Shown in pieces: positions 56,551-64,000 of a stretch of 64,000 nt of DNA (position 1 is its first letter; each line of letters opens with the position of its first letter). This DNA comes from the human T2T-CHM13v2.0 reference genome, Homo sapiens, in NCBI RefSeq assembly GCF_009914755.1, contig NC_060946.1; one strand, written 5' to 3'. Below the pieces are notes generated by a model, which was given only the letters and a program-made list of their open reading frames with translations, made no database searches and was not told the DNA's origin. Position numbers and translations under genes: made by a program.

Positions 56551-58899
56551 GAATGAAATCAACCCGAGTGTAATGGAGCGGAATGGAATGGAATGGAAAG
56601 GAATGAATGGAATGGCATGGTGTGGAATCAACACGAGAGGAATGGAATGGAATGGAACGGAACGGAATGGAAAGGAGTGGAATGGAATGAACCCGAATGG
56701 AATGGAATGGATTGGAATGGAATGGAATGTGATCAACCTGAGCGGAAAGGAATGGAATGGAATGGAGTGGAATGGAATGTAACGGAATGGAATGGAATGG
56801 AATGGAATCAACACGAATGGAATGGAACGGAATGGAATGGGATGGGATGGAATGGAAGAGAATGGATGTTAATCAACACGAATGGAATGGAATGGAATGG
56901 AATGGAATAGAATGGAATGGATCGGAATGGAATCCAATGGAATCAACTGGAATGGAATGGAATGGAATGGAATGGAATGGAATGGAATGAAAAGGAAAGG
57001 AACAAAATGGAATCAACAAGAGTGGAATGGAATGGAACGGAATGGAATTAACCAGAGTGGAATGAAATGGAATGTAATGCAATGGGATGGAGTGCAATCA
57101 ACCCCAGTGGAATGGAATGGAATGGAATGGAATGGAATGGAATGAAATGGAATGGATCGGAATGGAATCCAATGGAATCAACTGGAATGAAATGGAATGG
57201 AATGGAAAGGAATGGAATGGAATAAATCCGAGAGGAGTGGAATGGAATGTAATGGAGTGGAATGTAATGGAATTTAGTGGAATGGAATGGAATCGAATGG
57301 AATCAAATGGAATGGAATGGAATAAATCCGGGAGGAGTGGAATGGAATGTAATGGAGTGGAATGTAATGGAATTTAGTGGAATGCAATGGAATAGAATGG
57401 AATGAAATGGATTGGATCGGAAAGGAATCCAATGGAATCAAATGGAATGCAATGGAATGGAATGGAATGGAATGGAATGGAATAAATCCGGGTGGAGTGG
57501 AATGGAATGTAATGGAGTGGAATGGAATGGAATTTACTGCAATGGAATGGAATGGAATGGAATGGAATGGAATGGAATGGAATGGAATGGAATCAACCCG
57601 AATGGAATGGAATGGAATGGAAAGGAATGGAATGGAATGGAATGGAATTGAATGGAATGGAATGGAATGGAATCAACCCGAATGGGATGGCATGGAATGG
57701 AATTGAATGGAATGGAATGGGATGGAATGGAATGGAGTGGAATCAACACAAGTGCAATGGAATAGAATGAAAAGAAATGGAATCCACCCGAGTGGAATGG
57801 AATGGAATGGAATGGAATGGAATGGAATGGAATGCAATGGAATGGAATGGAATCGAAAGGAATAGAATGGAGTGGAATGGAACGGAATGGAGTGGAATGC
57901 AATAAACACCAGGGGAATGAAATGGATTGGAATGAAATGGAATGGAACGGAATGGAATGGAATGAAATCAACCCGAGTTGAATAGAACGGAATGGAATGG
58001 AATGGAAAGGAATGAATGGAATGGAATTGTGTGGAATCAACACAAGAGGAATGGAATGGAATGGAATGGAACGGAACGGAATGGAAAGGAATGGAATGGA
58101 ATGAACCGGAATGGAATGGAATGGATTGGAATGGAATGGAATGGAATCAACCTGAGCGGAAAGGAATGGAATGGAATGGAGTGGAATGGAATGAAACGGA
58201 ATGGAATGGAATGGAATGGAATCAACATGAATGGAATGGAACGGAGTGGAATGGGATGGGATGGAATGGAATGGAATGGAAGTTAGTCAACACGAATGGA
58301 ATGGAATGGAATGGAATGGAATGAAAAGGAAAGGAACAGAATGGAATCAACACGAGTGGAATGGAATGGAATGGAATGGAATCAACCCGAGTGGAATGAA
58401 ATGGAATGTAATGCAATGGGATGGAGTGGAATCAACCCGAGTGGAATGGAATGGAATGGAATGCAATGAAATGGAATGGAATGGAATGAAATGGAATGGA
58501 TCGGGATGGAATCCAATGGAATTAACTGGAATGGAATGGAATGGAATGGAATGGAATGGAATGGAATGAAATGGATTGGATCGGAATGGAATCCAATGGA
58601 ATCAACTGGAATGGAATGGAATGGAATGGAATGGAATGGAATAAATCCGGGTGGAGTGGAATGGAATTTAATGGAGTGGAATGGAATGTAATTCAGTGGA
58701 ATGGAATGGAATGGAAAGGAATGGAATGGAATGGAATGGAATGGAATGGAATGGAATGGAATGGAATGCAATGGAATGGAATGGAATGGAATCAACCCGA
58801 ATGGGATGGCATGGAATGGAATGGAATGGAATGGAATGGAATCAACCCAAGTGCATTGGAATGGAATGGAATGCAATGGAATCAACCCAAGTGGAATGG

Positions 58900-61800
58900 A
58901 AAGGAATGGAATGGAATGGAATGGAATGGAATGGAATCAACACGAATGGAATGGAACGGAATGGAATGGGATGGGATGGAATGGAATGGAATGGAAGTTA
59001 ATCAACACGAATGGAATCGAACGGAATGGATTGGATTGGAATGGAATGGAATGGAATGGAATGGAATGGAATGGAATGGAATTTCATTGAATGGATTGAA
59101 ATGGAAAGGAACGGAATGGAATCAACACGAGTGGAATGGAAAGGAACGGAATGGAATCAAACCGAGTGGAATGAAATGGAAAGTAATGCAATGGGATGGA
59201 GTGGAATCAAACCGAGTGGAATGCAATGGAATGGAATGGAATGGAATGAAATGGAATGGAATTTAGTGGAATGGAATGGAATGGAATGGAATGGAATGGA
59301 ATGGAATGAAATGGATTTGATCGGAATGGAATCCAATGGAATCAACTGGAATGGAATGGAATGGAATGGAATGGAATAAATCCGGGTGGAGTGGAATGGA
59401 ATGTAATGGAGTGGAATGGAATGGAATTTAGTGGAATGGAATGGAATGGAATGGAATGGAATGGAATGAAATGGAATGGATCGGAATGGAATCCAATGGA
59501 AAAAACTGGAATGGAATGGAATGGAATGGAATGGAATGGAATGGAATGGAATTTAGTGGAATGGAATGGAATGGAATGGAATGAAATGAAATGGATTTGA
59601 TCGGAATGGAATCCAATGGAATCAACTGGAATGGAATGGAATGGAATGGAATGGAATGGAATAAATCCGGGTGGAGTGGAATGGAATGTAATGCAGTGGA
59701 ATGGAATGGAATTTAGTGGAATGGAATGGAATGGAATGGAAAGGAATCAACCCGAATGGAATGGAACGGAATGGAATGGAAAGGAATGGAATGGAATGGA
59801 ATGGAATGGAATGGAAAGGAATTAAACCGAATGGAATGGAACGGAATGGAATGGAAAGGAATGGAATGGAATGGAATGGAATGGAATGGAATCAACCCAA
59901 GTGCAATGGAATGGAATGGAACGGAATGGAATGGAATGGAATGGAATGGAATGGAGTGGAATGCAAAGGAATGAAGTGGAATGGAATAAACACCAGGGGA
60001 ATGAAATGGATTGGAATGAAATGGAATGGAATGGAATGGAATGGAATGAAATCAACCCGAGTGCAATGGAACGGAATGGAATGGAATGGAAAGGATTGAA
60101 TGGAATGGAATGGTGTGGAATCAAAAAGAGAGGAATGGAATGGAATGGAACGGAACGGAATGGAAAGGAATGGAATGGAATGAACTCGAATGGAATGGAA
60201 TGGATTGGAATGGAATGGAATGGAAACAACCCGAGCTAAAAGGAATGGAATTGAATGGAGTGGAATGGAATGTAATGGAATGGAATGGAATGGAACGGAA
60301 TCAACACGAATGGAATGGAACGGAATGGAATGGGATGGGATGGAATGGAATGGAATGAAATGGACGGGATCGGAATGGAATCCAATGGAATCAACTGGAA
60401 TGGAATGGAATGGAATGGAATGGAATAAATCCGGGTGCAGTGGAATGGAATGTAATGGAGTGGAATGGAATGGAATTTAGTGGAATGGAATGGAATGGAA
60501 TGGAATGGAATGGAATGGAATGGAAAGGAATCAACCCGAATGGAATGGAACGGAATGGAATGGAAAGGAATGGAATGGAATGGAATGGAAAGGAATCAAC
60601 CCGAATGGAAAGGAACGGAATGGAATGAAAAGGAATGGAATGGAATGGAATGGAATGGAATCAACCCGAATGGGATGGCAAGGAATGGAATTGAATGGAA
60701 TGGAATGGAATGGAATGGAATCAACCCAAGTGTAATGGAATGGAATGGAATGGAATGGAATCGAATGGAGTGGAATGCAAAGGAATGAAGTGGAATGGAA
60801 TAAACACCAGGGGAATGAAATGGATTGGAATGAAATGGAATGGAATGGAATGGAATGGAATGAAATCAACCCGAGAGGAATGGAACGGAATGGAATGGAA
60901 TGGAAGGATTGAATGGAATGGAATGGTGTGGAATCAAAAAGAGAGGAATGGAATGGAATGGAACGGAACGGAATGGAAAGGAATGGAATGGAATGAACCC
61001 GAATGGAATGGAATGGATTGGAATGGAATGGAATGGAAACAACCCGAGCTTAAAGGAATGGAATTGAATGGAGTGGAATGGAATGTAATGGAATGGAATG
61101 GAATGGAATGGAATCAACACGAATGGAATGGAACGGAATGGAATGGGATGGGATGGAATGGAATGGAATGAAATGTATTGGATCGGAATGGAATCCAATG
61201 GAATCAACTGGAATGGAATGGAAATGAATGGAATGGAATAAATCCGGGTGGAGTGGAATGGAATGTAATGGAGTGGAAAGGAATGGAATTTAGTGGAATG
61301 GAATGGAATGGAATGGAATGGAATGGAATGGAATGCAATGGAATCAACCCAAGTGCAACAGAATGGAATGGAATGAAATGGAATCCACCCATGTGGAATG
61401 GAAAGGAATGGAATGGAATGGAATGGAATGGAATGGAGTGGAAAGGAACGGAATGAAGTGGAATGGAATAAACACCAGGGGAATGAAATGGATTGGAATG
61501 AATTGGAATGGAATGAAATCAAGCAGAGTGGAATTGAACGGAATGGAATGGAATGGAAAGGAATGAATGGAATGAAATGGTGTGGAATCAACACGAGAGG
61601 AATGGAATGGAATTTAATGGAACGGAACGGAATGGAAAGGAATGGAATGGAATGAACCCGAATGGAATTGAATGGATTGGAACGGAATCAACCCGAGCGG
61701 AAAGGAATGGAATGGAATGGAGGGGAATGGAATGGAATGGAATGGAATGGAATGGAATGGAATGAAATGGAAAGGAACGGAATGGAATCAACACGAGTGG

Positions 61801-63100
61801 AATGGAATGGAACAGAATGGAATCAACCCGAGTGGAATGAAATGGAAAGTAATGCAATGGGATGGAGTGGAATCAAACCGAGTGGAATGGAATGGAATGG
61901 AATGGAATGGAATGGAATGGAATGAAATGGAATGGATCGGAATGGAATCCAATGGAAACAACAGGAATGGAATGGAATGCAATGGAATGGAATGGAATGG
62001 AATGGAATGGAATGGAATTTAGTGGAATGGAATGGAATGGAATGGAATGGAATGAAATGGATTTGATCGGAATGGAATCCAATGGAATCAACTGGAATGG
62101 AATGGAATGGAATGGAATGGAATAAATCCGGGTGGAGTGGAATGGAATGTAATGGAGTGGAATGGAATGGAATTTAGTGGAATGGAATGGAATGGAATGG
62201 AATGGAATGAAATGGAATGGATCGGAATGGAATCCAATGGAAACAACTGGAATGGAATGGAATGGAATGGAATGGAATGGAATGGAATGGAATTTAGTGG
62301 AATGGAATGGAATGGAATGGAATTGAATGGAATGAAATGGATTTGATCGGAATGGAATCCAATGTAATCAACTGGAATGGAATGGAATGGAATGGAATGG
62401 AATAAATCCGGGTGGAGTGGAATGGAATGTAATGGAGTGGAATGGAATGGAATTTAGTGGAATGGAATGGAATGGAAAGGAATCAACCCGAATGGAATGG
62501 AACGGAATGGAATGGAAAGGAATGGAATGGAATGGAATGGAATGGAATTTAGTGGAATGGAATGGAATGGAATAGAATGGAATGGAATGAAATGGATTTG
62601 ATCGGAATGGAATCCAATGGAATCAACTGGAATGGAATGGAATGGAATGGAATGGAATAAATCCGGGTGGAGTGGAATGGAATGTAACGGAGTGGAATGG
62701 ATTGGAATTAAGTGGAATGGAATGGAATGGAATGGAATGAAATGGAATGGATCAGAATGGAATCCAATGGAAACAACTGGAATGGAATGGAATGGAATGG
62801 AATGGAATGGAATGGAATGGAATTTAGTGGAATGGAATGGAATGGAATGGAATGGAATGAAACGGATTTGATCGGAATGGAATCCAATGGAATCAACTGG
62901 AATGGAATGGAATGGAATGGAATGGAATAAATCCGGGTGGAGTGGAATGGAACGTAATGGAGTGGAATGGAATGGAATTTAGTGGAATGGAATGGAATGG
63001 AATGGAATGGAATTTAGTGGAATGGAATGGAATGGAATGGAATGGAATGGAATGGAATGAAACGGATTTGAATCGAATGGAATCCAATGGAATCAAATGG
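58900..63100 (+). repeat. Variant HSat3 sub-domain with a ~255-280 bp sub-repeat
   Basis: I saw ATTTGATCGG only here (59315, 59595, 62061, 62341, 62596, 62866). Other local variants are CCAATGGAAACAAC (~61949, 62234, 62764), ATCAAACCGAGTGG (59156, 59206, 61872) and GGAAAGTAATGCA (~59178, ~61844). Confidence 0.75.
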
Positions 63101-64000
63101 AATGCAATAGAATGGAATGGAATGGAATGGAATGGAATCAACACGAAAGGAATGGAACGGAATGGAATGGGATGGGATGGAATGGAATGGAATGAAATGG
63201 ATTGGATCGGAATGGAATCCAATGGAATCAACTGGAATGGAATGGAAATGAATGGAATGGAATAGATCCGGGTGGAGTGGAATGGAATGGAATGGAGTGG
63301 AATGGAATGGAATTTAGTGGAATGGAATGGAATGGAATGGAATGGAATGGAATGGAATGGAAAGGAATCAACCCGAAAGGAATGGAACGGAATGGAATGG
63401 AATGGAATGGAATGGAATGGAATGGAATCAACCCAAGTGCAATGGAATGGAATGGAATGCAATGGAATCCACCCGAGTGGAATGCAACAGAATGGAATGG
63501 AATGGAATGGAATGGAATGGAATGGAATGGAGTGGAATGGAACAGAATGGAGTGGAATGGAATAAACACCAGGGGAATGAAATGGGTTGGAATGAAATGG
63601 AATGGAAGGGAATGGAATGGAATGGAATGAAATCAACCCGAGTGGAATGGAACGGAATGGAATGGAATGGAAAGGAATGAATGGAATGGAATGGTGTGGA
63701 ATCAACACGAGAGGAATGGAATGGAATGGAATGGAATCAACACGAATGGAATGGAATGGAATTTAATGGGATGGGATGGAATGGAATGGAAGTTAATCAA
63801 CACGAATGGAATGGAACGGAATGGAAAGGAATGGAATGGAATGGAATGGAATTGAATGGAATGAAATGGAAAGGAACGGAATGGAATCAACATGAGTGGA
63901 ATGGAATGGAATGGAATGGAATCAACCCCAGTGGAATGAAATGGAATGTAATGCAATGGGATGAAGGGGAATCAACACGAGTCGAATGGAATGGAATGGA

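Larger units (their letters stand above)
1611..63575 (+). repeat. Degenerate higher-order unit of the satellite (~0.7-0.8 kb short form, ~1.4-1.6 kb long form), marked by ATAAACACCAGGGGAATGAAATGG
   Basis: The landmark ACACCAGGGG (v = variant copy) starts at about 1611, 3505, 4249, 6508, 8457, 11974, 13479, 16092, 17116, 17894, 19720, 21239, 21953, 23186, 25280, 28314, 30118v, 30957v, 31651, 35424, 36873, 38391, 39794, 40768, 41517, 43016, 44574, 46163v, 47802, 49181, 50664, 51997, 53355, 54893, 56482v, 57906, 59990, 60804, 61472 and 63566. It always sits in the same motif context. Confidence 0.85.
1..64000 (+). repeat. Satellite III (HSat3) array: diverged (GGAAT)n with interspersed CAACCCGA(G/A)T-type decamers; pericentromeric or acrocentric-type heterochromatin
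   Basis: Every line is GGAAT pentamers or single-base variants (GGAGT, GAAAT, GTAAT, GCAAT, GGAAC, GGGAT). The decamer CAACCCGAGT/CAACCCGAAT (e.g. ~329, ~734, ~894) is the reverse complement of the A(C/T)TCGGGTTG element that classically defines satellite III. The G-rich strand is on + throughout and the array runs off both ends. Confidence 0.98.

Noticed and set aside
62-63956. Hundreds of ORFs encoding MEWNG (+) and FHSIP/IPFHS (-) pentapeptide repeats, up to 328 aa (12635-13621, 40546-41520)
   Set aside because: (GGAAT)n has no stop codon in any of the six frames and contains ATG in every unit, so overlapping ORFs arise automatically. There is no codon-level constraint, domain or gene structure. 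Poly-WNGME is known from SCA31 repeat translation, but nothing here shows these ORFs are translated.
1-64000. CRISPR-like arrangement of conserved motifs separated by spacers
   Set aside because: The intervening sequence is GGAAT repeat rather than unique spacers, spacing is irregular, and there are no cas genes.
1-64000. HSat2, alpha satellite or telomeric repeat
   Set aside because: GAATCGAATG, the HSat2 hallmark, is only sporadic. I saw no 171-bp monomer, CENP-B box or TTAGGG tract.
1-64000. Canonical heat-shock elements (HSF1 / nuclear stress body locus)
   Set aside because: The nGAAn units are all head-to-tail and I found no inverted nGAAnnTTCn arrangement. HSF1-driven SatIII transcription is established for some arrays, notably 9q12, but cannot be attributed to this window from sequence alone.
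1-64000. Strand inversion or embedded Alu/L1/unique insertion
   Set aside because: I saw no (ATTCC)n tract on the + strand and no non-satellite stretch longer than about 20 bp.

Overview
The whole 64 kb window is one uninterrupted block of primate (human-type) classical satellite III (HSat3). It is a (GGAAT)n pentamer array, always G-rich on the + strand, punctuated by the diagnostic CAACCCGA(G/A)T / CAACACGA(G/A)T decamer family. I saw no gene, RNA gene, transposable element, CRISPR array, unique sequence or strand inversion. All ORF-track entries (MEWNG... / FHSIP...) are by-products of a 5-bp repeat with no stop codon on either strand. The informative signal is higher-order structure. A fixed-order set of variant motifs defines a ~0.7-0.8 kb / ~1.4-1.6 kb ancestral unit (40 copies of an ACACCAGGGG landmark by my count). 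Nested duplications of ~0.06, 0.28, 0.6, 3.5, 4.2, 6.1 and 12.3 kb sit on top of it, along with two datable deletions, one divergent island bracketed by near-identical direct repeats, and a variant sub-domain at the 3' end. I cannot support a novel biological system here. The most functionally interesting aspect is the very high density of TEAD-type GGAATG sites. All boundaries come from manual landmark matching and are approximate (tens of bp). Chromosome, species and HSat3 subfamily cannot be assigned without a database comparison.
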